Shown here in pieces: positions 1 through 9,631 of a DNA stretch of 38,739 nt (position 1 is the first letter of the stretch; every line of letters starts with the position of its first letter). The translations under genes were made by a program, and so were the position numbers. The notes under the pieces are model-generated. The model made no database searches. It had not been told where the DNA came from and saw only the letters and a program-made list of their open reading frames with translations. Source of the DNA: Chloroflexota bacterium (GTDB lineage Bacteria > Chloroflexota > UBA6077 > CF-72); the NCBI GenBank assembly GCA_005883405.1, contig VBGG01000126.1:1-38739 (forward strand). Direction: 5' to 3'.

Positions 1-2
1 CC

Positions 3-611
3 CGCAAGCTGCGCGCGACGCGATCGCTGATCGCTTGCGCGCTGCTTGCCGGTGCAGCGTTTACCGCCATTCCCGCCGAGGCCGCCACGACGACCGCCTC
101 GGGAATCACTATCACCACCAACCTGGTCGGGTCGGCCACCATTGGCCAGCACTCCACCTTCAACATCGTGGTGACCAACAACACCGGCACGGCGCTTACC
201 AACATCCTGGTCGGCGATAAGCTGCCTCTCGGTTCGAAACTGGCCAGCCCGATCAGCGGCGTCCCGGTCAACTCGTGCGTCCGCGGCCTGAATGCTTTCG
301 ACTGCCTGGTTACGAGCCTGCCGGCTGGCGGGAGCGTCACGCTGTCGTTCCAGGCCACCACGACCACCGCCTCGCTGACGAACCTGGCTGCTTTCCAGGG
401 CTTCATCGGCGGCTTGTTCCACACCGTTGCGACAACCTCGTTCAACACCGCCGCCGCACCCGTCGTTGCACCCGTCGTTGCACCCGTCGTTGCACCCGTC
501 GTTGCACCGGTACCCGCACCGGTCCAGGTCGGCCAGGTCGCCCAGCTTGGCCAGGTCGGCCAGGTTACCGCAGTGGCCCGGGCTGCCCACGGCCGCCACA
601 CGGGGGACTAG
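3..611 (+). CDS. Secreted DUF11-like (Ig-fold) protein, 5'-partial, with VAPV and QVG repeat tail
   Basis: The frame is open from the window edge: RKLRATRSLIACALLAGAAFTAIPAEA (signal peptide, AxA site), then TFNIVVTNNTG..LTNILVGDKLP..SLPAGGSVTLSF, typical of DUF11. Confidence 0.7.
   Translation, partial: RKLRATRSLIACALLAGAAFTAIPAEAATTTASGITITTNLVGSATIGQHSTFNIVVTNNTGTALTNILVGDKLPLGSKLASPISGVPVNSCVRGLNAFDCLVTSLPAGGSVTLSFQATTTTASLTNLAAFQGFIGGLFHTVATTSFNTAAAPVVAPVVAPVVAPVVAPVPAPVQVGQVAQLGQVGQVTAVARAAHGRHTGD
457..570 (+). repeat. Coding tandem repeats: 12-bp GCACCCGTCGTT x4 and 9-bp CAGGTCGGC-like units
   Basis: Directly visible; they encode (APVV)n and (QVG)n. Confidence 0.85.
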
Positions 612-649
612 GGCTGAAGCCAGGGGGCGCACCGCACCTCGCTTCAATC

Positions 650-688
650 ACAAAAGGCGTCTGCTCCAGGCAGCAGACGCCTTTTTGT
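650..688 (+). terminator. Rho-independent terminator, possibly bidirectional
   Basis: AAAAGGCGTCTGCT-loop-AGCAGACGCCTTTT stem, with A and T tracts on either side. Confidence 0.85.
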
Positions 689-898
689 GTGTCCCGCCGA
701 GCGGCCGAAGATACGGGAAACCCACGTCGTGCATGGAACTCTCGTCGCATACAGTCCGTGGCGTGATGACCGATCAACTCTTTATGCACGCGTCTGGCAT
801 CGGCTGGGACGAAGCGTTGGTGGTATTCGGAGGTCTCGCGGTTGTTATGGTGCCCAGGCCGTACTGGGGGGTAGCTCGTGCCACTCGGCAGGTCGTGA

Positions 899-1360
899 CG
901 TTCGGAATCCGCGCCAGACACGACCTGGCGCGATCAAGCAGTGCTCGGTCCGCTCGATCGCGGCGATCGCGCAGAGGCGCTGGCGGCATACAGTGCTGAG
1001 GGAGCGCGCATGGCCGTCACCGTCGACGACATGATCGAGGCCTTTCTGGCCAAGAAGCACACGGTCGGCGCGGCACTGGAAACGCAGGCGGAGACATCCT
1101 TCGACCAGACGCGTTTCATCGCCATCCTTTTGTCGATCCTGGCGGTCGGCCTCGGCCTGGGCATCGGTTTCTTCCTTTGGCGCAGCATTGCTCGCGGTGT
1201 CGGCCAGGTCGCCACCGCCGCGAAGGGCCTGGCCGTTGGCGATCTCAACCAACGCATCCCCCTCGAATCGGACGACGAAATCGGCCAGATGGCAGCGGCC
1301 GCGCGCGAGATGATCGCGTGGACGGGCTGTTGTTCGCCCGCACGATCGCTGAGCGTCTGA
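899..1360 (+). pseudogene. Remnant of a methyl-accepting chemotaxis protein or HAMP sensor (end of four-helix bundle, TM2, HAMP)
   Basis: TM helix FIAILLSILAVGLGLGIGFFLW followed by HAMP (AAKGLAVGDLNQRI..SDDEIGQMA). The N-terminus and signalling domain are absent. Confidence 0.65.
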
Positions 1361-1397
1361 TCGCAGAGGAGTTCGCGGGAGCCGCTCCGGCCAAATA

Positions 1398-1440
1398 TTG
1401 ACACCCCTGGGCGGCGCGGGTGTAGCGTCGCCACGGGAGG
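1398..1440 (+). promoter_or_regulatory. Putative sigma70 promoter and RBS of the cox operon
   Basis: TTGACA at 1398-1403, TAGCGT at 1423-1428 (19-bp spacer, suboptimal), GGGAGG at 1435-1440. Confidence 0.45.
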
Positions 1441-1446
1441 TGTCGA

Positions 1447-2328
1447 GTGATACCTGCATCATTCAGGTACGCGGCCCCGCGCTCGATTTCCGATGCCGTT
1501 GACCTGCTGAGGACCTACGAGGACGCCAAAATCCTGGCGGGCGGGCACAGCTTGCTGCCGCTGATGAAGCTACGGCTTGCCAATCCGCCGGTCCTGGTCG
1601 ACATCAATCGTATTCCCGGACTCGCCTACATCCGTGAGGATGCCGAGATCGGTCGCCTGCGAGTGGGGGCCCTCGCCCGCCACATCGACTTCGAGCACTC
1701 CGACCTGATCCGCGAGCGGTATCCGTTGCTATGGGATACCGCGCGTGGCATCGGCGATCCGCTCGTCCGCAATCGTGGAACGATGGCCGGGGCCGTCGCC
1801 CACGCGGACCCGGCCGCCGATTGGCCAGCCGCGCTGCTGGCCGCCGAGGCTGAAGTGGTCGCCAGCGGGCCCGACGGCGAGCGGGTCATCGAGATTCGCG
1901 ACCTGTACATCGCGATCCTGACGACAGTGCTGCAGCCCCAGGAGCTGGTAACCGAGGTCCGCGTGCCGTTGGCGGTCCCGCGCTCGGGTGGCGCCTACGA
2001 GAAACTCGAGCGCAAAGTCGGCGACTACGCGGTGATCGGCGTTGGCGCGCAAATCACCCTCGACGAATCCGGCAATATCGCTCAGGCTGGCATCGGTCTG
2101 TGCAACGCCGGCCCGACGAGCATCAAGGCGATTGACGCGGAGGAATTCCTGGCGGGTAAGCCGGTCGCTCCTGACAACATCAATGAGGCTGCGCGCCTCG
2201 CGATGGAAGCGTCTGACCCGGTGGATGACGATCGCGGCCCGGTCGACTACAAGCGAGCGATGGTGCGTGAGCTCACGCGCCGCGCGCTGCGGCGGGCGGT
2301 GACGCGGGCACAGGGAGGTGCCGCATGA
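1447..2328 (+). CDS. coxM: Aerobic carbon monoxide dehydrogenase medium (FAD) subunit
   Basis: [13 protein letters not shown] and [14 protein letters not shown] motifs; first gene in MSL order. Confidence 0.93.
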   Translation: MIPASFRYAAPRSISDAVDLLRTYEDAKILAGGHSLLPLMKLRLANPPVLVDINRIPGLAYIREDAEIGRLRVGALARHIDFEHSDLIRERYPLLWDTARGIGDPLVRNRGTMAGAVAHADPAADWPAALLAAEAEVVASGPDGERVIEIRDLYIAILTTVLQPQELVTEVRVPLAVPRSGGAYEKLERKVGDYAVIGVGAQITLDESGNIAQAGIGLCNAGPTSIKAIDAEEFLAGKPVAPDNINEAARLAMEASDPVDDDRGPVDYKRAMVRELTRRALRRAVTRAQGGAA

Positions 2329-2852
2329 GCGCGCTGGAGCCGGTGGGTCGCGCGGGTATCAGCGTCAACGTGAATGGTCAGCAGCATTCCGGCGAGGTTG
2401 AGCCGCGACTCCTGCTGGTGCACTTCCTCCGAGAGGACCTCAACCTCACCGGCACGCACATCGGTTGTGATACGTCGAACTGCGGTGCGTGTACGGTCGT
2501 CCTCGACGGAGTGGCGGTGAAGTCCTGTACGGTGCTGGCCGTTCAAGCCGACGGGGCCAGCGTTGAGACGGTAGAAGGCCTGGAGCAAGGCGGCCAGCTC
2601 CACGCACTCCAGGAAGGTTTCTGGCAGGAACACGGACTCCAGTGTGGGTTCTGCACGCCGGGCATGCTGATGGTGTCCCACGCGCTCCTCCAGGCGAATC
2701 CAAGTCCAACGGAGGACGAGATCCGCCGTGGGATATCCGGCAACCTGTGCCGCTGCACTGGCTACGTGAATATCGTCAAGTCGATTCAATACGGGGCCGC
2801 GAAGCTGCGCGGCGAGACCCCCGTGAGCACCCAGGAGCCGACTCATGCCTGA
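2325..2852 (+). CDS. coxS: Aerobic carbon monoxide dehydrogenase small (2x[2Fe-2S]) subunit
   Basis: [18 protein letters not shown] and NLCRCTGY motifs; 4-bp overlap with coxM. Confidence 0.95.
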   Translation: MSALEPVGRAGISVNVNGQQHSGEVEPRLLLVHFLREDLNLTGTHIGCDTSNCGACTVVLDGVAVKSCTVLAVQADGASVETVEGLEQGGQLHALQEGFWQEHGLQCGFCTPGMLMVSHALLQANPSPTEDEIRRGISGNLCRCTGYVNIVKSIQYGAAKLRGETPVSTQEPTHA

Positions 2853-5193
2853 GGCAACCCAGATCCGCGGCATCGGTCACAGCGTCCGCCGTAAGGAGGA
2901 CCCGCGGTTCATCCGTGGGATCGGCAAGTACATCGACGATGTCAAATTGCCGGGCATGCTGTACATGGACATCGTGCGCAGCCCGTATGCACACGCGCGC
3001 ATCACCCGCATCGATTCCTCGGAAGCGCTGAAGGTGCCCGGCGTGGCGGCGGTTGTCACTGGCAAGGAGCTGGAGGCAGCCGGATTGGCGTGGATGCCCA
3101 CGTTGATGAGCGACACGCAAATGGTGTTGCCGACGGACCACGTCGTCTATCAGTCGCAGGAAGTCGCCGTGGTGGTGGCCGAGACGCGTTACGGGGCGGC
3201 CGACGGGGTCGCCGCCGTGCAGGTGGAGTACGAGCCGCTCGAGCCGGTGGTCGATCCGTTCAAGGCGCTCGAGCCGAATGCTCCACTTGTTCGACCTGAC
3301 AAAGACAAGAAGTCCAACCACATCTGGCACTGGGAAGCCGGCGATCGCGACGCGACCAAGCGTGCCATTGATGGCGCCGACGTGGTGGTCGCCCAGGACA
3401 TCTATATTCCTCGGATTCACGTTGCTTCCATCGAGACATGCGGCTGCGTCGCCAGCTTCGACCGGGTCAGCGGGAAGCTCACCGTCTGGATGACGACGCA
3501 GGCGCCGCACGCCATCCGCACTGTTTTCTCGCTGGTGTCAAAGATTCCCGAGCACAAGATCCGCGTCATTTCACCCGATATCGGTGGCGGATTCGGTGGC
3601 AAGGTTCCGGTCTATCCAGGCTACGTGTGTGCGGTGGTGGCAGCGCTGACCACCGGCCGTCCGGTGAAGTGGATCGAGGACCGCAGCGAAAACCTGCAGG
3701 CGGACTCCTTCGCGCGCGACTACCACATTCGCGCCGAGCTGGCCGCCGACACGAATGGCAAGATGCAGGCGTTGCGCATCAAGACGATCGCCGACCACGG
3801 TGCTGCCGACGCGGCTGCCAATCCGTCGAAGTTTCCGGCCGGACTGTTCTCCATCTGCACCGGCTCGTATGACATGCCGACGGCGCACGTCGAGGTTGAC
3901 GGTGTCTACACCAACAAGCCGCCCGGAGGAATCGCCTATCGCTGCTCGTTCCGCGTCACCGAGGCGGTCCACACCATCGAACGCATGGTGGATTCCCTGG
4001 CGCTGAAGCTGAACATGGATCCGGCCGAACTGCGGATGAAGAGCTTCATCCAGCCCGAGCAGTTCCCCTACAGGTCGGCGCTGGGCTGGGAGTACGACAG
4101 CGGCAACTATCCGGCCGCGTTGCGCAAGGCGCTCGACAAGATCGGCTATGCCGATTTGCGCCGAGAGCAAGCCGAAAAGCGGGCGCGCGGCGAGCTGATG
4201 GGCATCGGCCTGTCGACATTCACCGAGATCGTCGGCGCCGGGCCGTCGAACACCTTTGACATCCTGGGCATCAAGATGTTCGACAGTGCCGAGATTCGCG
4301 TCCACCCGACCGGCTCGGCGATCGTCCGCATCGGCGTCCAGACCCAGGGTCAGGGGCACGAGACGACGTTTGCGCAGATCGTGGCCGAGGAGCTCGGTCT
4401 GCCGGTGGAAAACATCGAGGTGGAGCACGGCGATACGGACACCGCGCCGTACGGCCTGGGCACCTACGCCAGTCGCAGCACGCCGACCGCCGGCGCAGCG
4501 ACGGCTATCGCCGCTCGCAAGATCCGCGACAAAGCGGCTCGACTGGCCGCGCATCTGCTCGAGTGCAGCGTCGACGACCTGGAGTGGCAGAACTATCAGT
4601 TCCAGGTAAAAGGTGCCCCCGAGCGCTCGAAAACGATGGCTGACCTGGCGTTCGCGGCCTACACGAACCACCCACAGGGCATGGAGGCCGGCCTCGAAGC
4701 GGTCTGCTACTACGATCCGCCCAACCTGACGTTCCCGTTCGGGGCGTACGTGGCCGTCGTGGATATCGACCGCGGCACGGGTGAGGTCAGGGTGCGGCGC
4801 TTCCTCGCCATCGACGATTGCGGCACCATCATCAATCCGATGGTGGTCGAAGGCCAGGTACACGGTGGTCTGACCATGGGCCTGGCGCCGGCGCTCTACG
4901 AGCAGATCTGGTATGACGCCGATGGGAACATGCACGGTGGCACGCTGATGGACTACCTGGTGCCCACGGCGATGGAGACGCCGCGTTGGGAGACGGATCG
5001 CACCGTGACGCCCAGTCCGCATCATCCACTCGGCGCCAAAGGCGTCGGCGAGTCCGCTACCGTCGGCGCGCCACCAGCCATCGTCAATGCAGTCGTCGAC
5101 GCACTGAGCCACCTCGGTGTCACGCACATCGACATTCCCATTACCCCGCCACGCCTGTGGCGCATCCTCCAGGACAAGGGAGTCGCGCTTTGA
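2845..5193 (+). CDS. coxL: Aerobic carbon monoxide dehydrogenase large (Mo-Cu) subunit, form I
   Basis: Form I active-site motif AYRCSFR; also [18 protein letters not shown] and GAKGVGE. Confidence 0.96.
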   Translation: MPEATQIRGIGHSVRRKEDPRFIRGIGKYIDDVKLPGMLYMDIVRSPYAHARITRIDSSEALKVPGVAAVVTGKELEAAGLAWMPTLMSDTQMVLPTDHVVYQSQEVAVVVAETRYGAADGVAAVQVEYEPLEPVVDPFKALEPNAPLVRPDKDKKSNHIWHWEAGDRDATKRAIDGADVVVAQDIYIPRIHVASIETCGCVASFDRVSGKLTVWMTTQAPHAIRTVFSLVSKIPEHKIRVISPDIGGGFGGKVPVYPGYVCAVVAALTTGRPVKWIEDRSENLQADSFARDYHIRAELAADTNGKMQALRIKTIADHGAADAAANPSKFPAGLFSICTGSYDMPTAHVEVDGVYTNKPPGGIAYRCSFRVTEAVHTIERMVDSLALKLNMDPAELRMKSFIQPEQFPYRSALGWEYDSGNYPAALRKALDKIGYADLRREQAEKRARGELMGIGLSTFTEIVGAGPSNTFDILGIKMFDSAEIRVHPTGSAIVRIGVQTQGQGHETTFAQIVAEELGLPVENIEVEHGDTDTAPYGLGTYASRSTPTAGAATAIAARKIRDKAARLAAHLLECSVDDLEWQNYQFQVKGAPERSKTMADLAFAAYTNHPQGMEAGLEAVCYYDPPNLTFPFGAYVAVVDIDRGTGEVRVRRFLAIDDCGTIINPMVVEGQVHGGLTMGLAPALYEQIWYDADGNMHGGTLMDYLVPTAMETPRWETDRTVTPSPHHPLGAKGVGESATVGAPPAIVNAVVDALSHLGVTHIDIPITPPRLWRILQDKGVAL

Positions 5194-6089
5194 GCGGCGC
5201 CTCGCCCGGTGACCTGCTCGAGCGCGCGGCGGAGCTGCGACGCCGTGGCCAGCCGTTCGTGCTGGCCACGGTGGTGCGTGCCCTCCGGCCCGCCTCGGCA
5301 AAGCCAGGCGACCGCGCCCTGCTGTTTGGCGAAGGCCAACCTGTTGGCTGGGTCGGCGGCGGCTGCGTCCATACCTCGATCGAGCGCGAGGCCGCCCTGG
5401 CTTTGGCAGATGGCCGCCCACGCCTCGTCCGCCTCAGTCCTGAACCTCACGACGAGGATGGCGTCGTCAGCTATCCAATGACCTGCCACAGTGGGGGCAC
5501 GCTGGAGATCTATTTGGAACCCGTTCTGCCCGCGCCCGAGCTCGTCATCCTCGGCGAATCGCCGGTGGCGGACGCGCTCGCCGCCCTCGGCGCGCCGCTT
5601 GGATTCCGCCTGCGCACGTCGCTCGACGAGATCACCACGTCCGACGCCTGGGTGGTGGCCGCCGCGATGAGCAGCGACGAAGACCACCCGGCGGTGCGAG
5701 CGGCGCTGGACAGAGGCGTGCCATACGTGGCGATGGTGGCCAGCCGCCGCCGGACGGAAGCGTTCGTCGAGGAGCTTCGATCCGAAGGGGTCTCGCCCGA
5801 GGCGATGATGCCGCTCAAGGCGCCTGCCGGGCTAGACATCGGGGCGGCCACTGGACCCGAGATCGCGTTGAGCATCCTGGCCGAGATCGTCCAGCGGCGT
5901 CGATCGCGCCAGGCCGTTGCGCCGGTCGCGACGCGCGAAGTGGCGATCGATCCGATCTGCGGCATGCAGCTCGACGTCAAATCGGCCCGCTGGACGGCCG
6001 ACAAAGACGGCCAGACCTACTACTTCTGCGCCCCCGGCTGCCGCAAGACGTTCCTGACTCCCTCTCCCTCTGGGAGAGGGCTGGGGTGA
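5190..6089 (+). CDS. XdhC/CoxF-type molybdoenzyme maturation factor with C-terminal YHS domain
   Basis: TTG start overlapping the coxL stop; GWVGGGC, CHSGGTLEIYLEP and APAGLDIGA..EIALSI motifs; YHS DPICGM..YYFCAPGCRKTF. Confidence 0.88.
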   Translation: MSGASPGDLLERAAELRRRGQPFVLATVVRALRPASAKPGDRALLFGEGQPVGWVGGGCVHTSIEREAALALADGRPRLVRLSPEPHDEDGVVSYPMTCHSGGTLEIYLEPVLPAPELVILGESPVADALAALGAPLGFRLRTSLDEITTSDAWVVAAAMSSDEDHPAVRAALDRGVPYVAMVASRRRTEAFVEELRSEGVSPEAMMPLKAPAGLDIGAATGPEIALSILAEIVQRRRSRQAVAPVATREVAIDPICGMQLDVKSARWTADKDGQTYYFCAPGCRKTFLTPSPSGRGLG

Positions 6090-6173
6090 GGGGTGCGTAT
6101 CTTCCAGAACGCTTGAAATCTCGTACCCACCCCTCACCCGCGCTGCGCGCGGCCTCTCCCAGAGGGAGAGGCG
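6057..6173. repeat. Inverted pair of REP-like palindromes (CCCTCTCCC-N3-GGGAGAGG...GGGTGAGGG family)
   Basis: 6057-6100 and 6129-6173 are inverted relatives; further copies at 9571, 14853 and 24304. Confidence 0.85.
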
Positions 6174-6192
6174 ACTCGCGGCGGACTAGCCG

Positions 6193-6822
6193 TCAGGCGC
6201 CCGGAGCGGCCGGGTTGCCCGGGTTCTGCTGCTGGTCCGGATGAACGTCCGCCTGGACCTTCCAGGCTCCGTTCTGCTGGACCAGCGTATACACGTTGCG
6301 GTCGCGTGACTGCTCGGTGGTTCCGTCCTCGAAGGTGGTGCCCCACGTCTCCCAGGCCGTGGCCGTGGCGGTGTTGCCGTTGACCACGATGTCGCCCCAC
6401 TCGATCTTGATCAACTTGACCTCGGTGACGCCGTGGTCAACCAGGTCCTGATTGGTCGCCACCTGCTCCTGGTAGAACTCGGGCGTGGCCGTGGCGGCCA
6501 TGACATTCGGGTTGTTAGTGGCGATGGCCTGGGCCTGCGCGTCGTCGAGCTGCTGGATCGCCTGCTGGATGGCCTGCTGCGTGGCCGCGTCCGCCGGCGT
6601 GCCAGCCGCGGCCGGCGCAGGCGCCGCCTGGCCACGAGCGCTCTCGTTGGGCGCCGTCGCGCGAGACAGGCTGCCGGTTGGCAACCGCGTCACGGCCACG
6701 AAGACGACCGCGCCGAGCACGATCAGCAGCCCGAGCATCAGCGCGAGACCGCCAAAACCCCGCCTACCCTTCTTGGGCGGCGGGTTGCTGACCTCCCAAT
6801 CTGAGGCGTTGCTGGGCAGCAT
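6193..6822 (-). CDS. Single-pass membrane protein with extracytoplasmic NTF2-like (IMS/DUF4101-like) domain
   Basis: Basic N-terminus, TM helix, Ala/Pro linker, and ATATAWETW..VYTLVQQNGAWKV C-terminus. Confidence 0.65.
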   Translation of the reverse strand: MLPSNASDWEVSNPPPKKGRRGFGGLALMLGLLIVLGAVVFVAVTRLPTGSLSRATAPNESARGQAAPAPAAAGTPADAATQQAIQQAIQQLDDAQAQAIATNNPNVMAATATPEFYQEQVATNQDLVDHGVTEVKLIKIEWGDIVVNGNTATATAWETWGTTFEDGTTEQSRDRNVYTLVQQNGAWKVQADVHPDQQQNPGNPAAPGA

Positions 6823-6841
6823 GGCTGCCCAGCATTCTAGA

Positions 6842-7243
6842 TCAGGTCAGCGCCACCTCGAGTGCACGCTCCGTCGCTCGTTCGACCTGCCCGACCAGAT
6901 CGTCGTAGTCGAACGGCTTCTGGATCACCCCGGCAGTTTGATGCGCGTCCTGTTCGTTCATCAAGCTGCCATAGGCGCTGACGACGATGACAGGAATCCC
7001 GAGGGTGGACACGTCGCTCTTGAGCTCACGCAGGACTTCGAGGCCGGACTTGGTGGGCAGCGCCAGGTCCAGGAGCACGGCATCAGGCGAATGCTGCCGA
7101 GCCTTGTTCAGACCTTCCTCCCCGTTCTTCGCTTCCACCACCGCGAAGCCCTCGCCCGCCAACAGGGCCGTCGTGATCGTGCGGGTCCATGGGTCATCTT
7201 CGATTACCAGGACAGTTTTCTGGCCCGATGTCTCCACGGTCAT
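6842..7243 (-). CDS. Single-domain response regulator (CheY-like)
   Basis: VLVIEDD, LLDLALP, VVSA and KPFD motifs; ATG at 7243 with a GGAGGG RBS. The longer ORF-track start was rejected. Confidence 0.9.
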   Translation of the reverse strand: MTVETSGQKTVLVIEDDPWTRTITTALLAGEGFAVVEAKNGEEGLNKARQHSPDAVLLDLALPTKSGLEVLRELKSDVSTLGIPVIVVSAYGSLMNEQDAHQTAGVIQKPFDYDDLVGQVERATERALEVALT

Positions 7244-7393
7244 GACTATACCCTCCCAAGCGCACGGCCCATCCAGGGATGGACCGCATGAGAAAGGTAG
7301 CATTTCGGTCGGAGCCTGCCAAGGGGGCTTCGGCGGTACTTCAGTCATTAGCGGGTCACCGACACGCCGTAGGCGCCCGCGTAGGCGGCCTGA

Positions 7394-8431
7394 TTGAGTG
7401 ATGGCACGCTCTGGGTGACACGCACTGGATCGATTCTTGCGACCGCCATCCCGCGGGTGAGCCGCTCGGCGGGCGAAGACGATCCAGAACAGCGGATTGA
7501 ACGGGTACTCGAAAAGGGCCTCGAGCGCGTGGAGACGCCGCGGGCAGCGCGAGCCGTCGTCGCGCGCGTCGAGCGGCTGAGCGCGGGCCGCACCGAGGAA
7601 GAGCGCGCCCACCAGGCAGCCGAAGAGACTGCCGCGACACCTGATCAGCCGGAGCACGCCGCGGCGACGGTCATCGAGCGCGCCGCCACCGCGCCTGCTG
7701 CCAGGACGCGGGCAGTCGCCCAGGTGCTGGAGGAGGTGGCCGCCCAGAGCGTCGCACCGACGCCAGCGGCGCAGCCAGTGGTCGAAGCCGTGCGGGCGGC
7801 CCTCGCACCCGAGGCCCCGGTGAGCCCGGCCGCGCGTCGCGGTCGCCGCTTGCTCAAGGAAGCAGTGCTTCAAAGGATGGGGCCGCTGAGTGCGCTCGAC
7901 GCGCGCATATATCTGGCGATCAACGAAGGGCCCCACCCGCCCAGGCTGGACGCGCTCGGCGGCGCCCTGACCGTGGTGACGACCGGCGGTTGGATCTGGC
8001 TCATCGCCACGCTGGTCGCCTGGTATGTCGGAGTGCCTCGATCCTGGACGGCGGTGAGGCGACTCCTGCCCAGCCTCGCGGCGGCGACCTGGCTGATCGA
8101 CTACCCGATCAAGGCGTTCTTCCGCCGCCGCCGACCGTTTTCGCGGATCGTCCAGGCACTGGTCATCGGGAAAAAGCCCGGTTCATGGTCGTTTCCGAGC
8201 GGTCACACTGGCTCGTCGTTTGCGGGCGCCTGGATCCTGAGCACGGTCTGGCCGCGCCTGGCACCCGTGTTCTTCAGCCTGGCCGCCGTGGTCGGCTTCA
8301 GCCGCGTGTACGTCGGCGCACACTATCCGGGGGACGTCGTCTCGGGGGCAGTGTTCGGAATGGTGTTGTCGGAGATCGTCCGACGCTTGGTCAGATTGAG
8401 CGGGCGACTGCGCCCTGCTGGGCGAGGATGA
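7394..8431 (+). CDS. PAP2-family membrane phosphatase with N-terminal extension; start uncertain
   Basis: KAFFRRRRP, SFPSGH and SRVYVGAHYPGDV motifs. Confidence 0.85.
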   Translation: MSDGTLWVTRTGSILATAIPRVSRSAGEDDPEQRIERVLEKGLERVETPRAARAVVARVERLSAGRTEEERAHQAAEETAATPDQPEHAAATVIERAATAPAARTRAVAQVLEEVAAQSVAPTPAAQPVVEAVRAALAPEAPVSPAARRGRRLLKEAVLQRMGPLSALDARIYLAINEGPHPPRLDALGGALTVVTTGGWIWLIATLVAWYVGVPRSWTAVRRLLPSLAAATWLIDYPIKAFFRRRRPFSRIVQALVIGKKPGSWSFPSGHTGSSFAGAWILSTVWPRLAPVFFSLAAVVGFSRVYVGAHYPGDVVSGAVFGMVLSEIVRRLVRLSGRLRPAGRG

Positions 8432-9107
8432 ACTGCACGATCTGCTCGCGCTCGGTGGCGCTCGGCTCGACGAACTGGCAGCCGGTATCCCAACCGTCAC
8501 GGCCACGCGCCGCGCGCACAACGGTCAGCCGGAGGCGCAGCTCGGCGCCGCCGCTCGGCGTGCCAAAGGCCAGCTCGAGCTGATCGCCGACCTGCAGCTC
8601 GGTCACGGTGGCCAGCCGCAGTCCGCCCGCGCTCAGGTCGCTGATGATGGCGCTGAAGGCGACTGGCTCGAACGAGGTCCCGCGCAACTGCAGCGCAGAC
8701 GTTGGTCGCATGTCGACGGGGTGGCGGACGGCGCGCCGCCGCTGCACTCGCTGCCAGGGGCCATCGGGACGCAGGATCAGGCTGGGCGGCTCTTCGGTGG
8801 TTGCGCTCTCGATGAGCGTTTCGATGCTGTAGAGCGCGTCGCCTGGGCGGGCGACTTCGACCATGACCAGTTGGCCGGGCATGAGCGGGAACAGCCGCAG
8901 GCGTTCGGTTGGCCAGCCGACCCGCAGGCGACCGCTGGCCCGATCGAAATACTCCACGTGTGTCCGAAGCGAGTGCACGCCGTCATCGCTGGCGATGCGC
9001 AGATCGAGCTGCTGGCGCGGCGCCAGTTCTGGCGCGCCTGCCGGCTCCGTCACTACAGCGGGAGCGGATGGCCCTGTTGCTGGGCCAGAGTGCGCAGCCG
9101 CTGCCAA
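8391..9107 (-). CDS. YcgR-like PilZ-domain c-di-GMP receptor
   Basis: QRRRAVR (RxxxR) and DLSAGG (DxSxxG) motifs, with an N-terminal barrel-like domain. Confidence 0.85.
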   Translation of the reverse strand: MAAAAHSGPATGPSAPAVVTEPAGAPELAPRQQLDLRIASDDGVHSLRTHVEYFDRASGRLRVGWPTERLRLFPLMPGQLVMVEVARPGDALYSIETLIESATTEEPPSLILRPDGPWQRVQRRRAVRHPVDMRPTSALQLRGTSFEPVAFSAIISDLSAGGLRLATVTELQVGDQLELAFGTPSGGAELRLRLTVVRAARGRDGWDTGCQFVEPSATEREQIVQFILAQQGAVARSI

Positions 9108-9541
9108 TCGACGCGTATGTAGTAGACGTACTGCTTGGGGTTGGGCTCTTCGGTGCGAACTTCGGCGTAGCCCGGGCGGACCAGGTACTGGATGAGAACG
9201 TCCGCCGCCGCGCTTTCGGCTGGATCTCGGCTGTCGTAGGGCACCTCAGCCTTGCCTTCGTGGCCGCCACGTTTGTGTACGTCGGCCATCGCCGCGCGGA
9301 AGACGTCGAGCTCGCGGCGGGCTTCGGCAAGCTCGTCGCGCTCGGCCCGCTGCTGCGCTTCCTGGACGTCCGCCAGGCTACGGCGCCCCGTGGCCTGCAT
9401 CTCGCGTTCGACGGCCTCGACCTCGAGTCGATCCCGCGTCAGCGCGTCGAGCAGCGAGGCATACGCGCGCTCATCAGTTCGCCACTCGAGGTTGCCGAAC
9501 CCACTCAGCCATCGTCGCGGAGCGCCTGGCTGTCGAGCCAT
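9053..9541 (-). CDS. Hypothetical protein
   Basis: ATG start, protein-like composition, co-oriented with and overlapping the PilZ gene. Confidence 0.65.
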   Translation of the reverse strand: MARQPGAPRRWLSGFGNLEWRTDERAYASLLDALTRDRLEVEAVEREMQATGRRSLADVQEAQQRAERDELAEARRELDVFRAAMADVHKRGGHEGKAEVPYDSRDPAESAAADVLIQYLVRPGYAEVRTEEPNPKQYVYYIRVDWQRLRTLAQQQGHPLPL

Positions 9542-9570
9542 TCTGAGATTGTATTCGCCAACGCGCTTAA

Positions 9571-9610
9571 ACTCCCTCTCCCTCTGGGAGAGGGCGGGGG
9601 TGAGGGGTGC
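9571..9610 (+). repeat. REP-like palindrome
   Basis: ACTCCCTCTCCCTCTGGGAGAGGGCGGGGGTGAGGGGTGC, nearly identical to the 6057 copy. Confidence 0.85.
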
Positions 9611-9631
9611 TGACGAGCAGAAAACGCTCGC

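Noticed and set aside
766-999. Small membrane ORF MTDQLFMHASGIGWDEALVV..
   Set aside because: The start is plausible, but there is no RBS and the tail is out-of-frame chemoreceptor sequence, so it cannot be supported as a gene.
3571-5421. 616-aa minus-strand ORF and similar long antisense ORFs (15842-16978, 16982-18199, 30844-32688)
   Set aside because: They are shadows of well-supported genes on the opposite strand, as expected in high-GC DNA.
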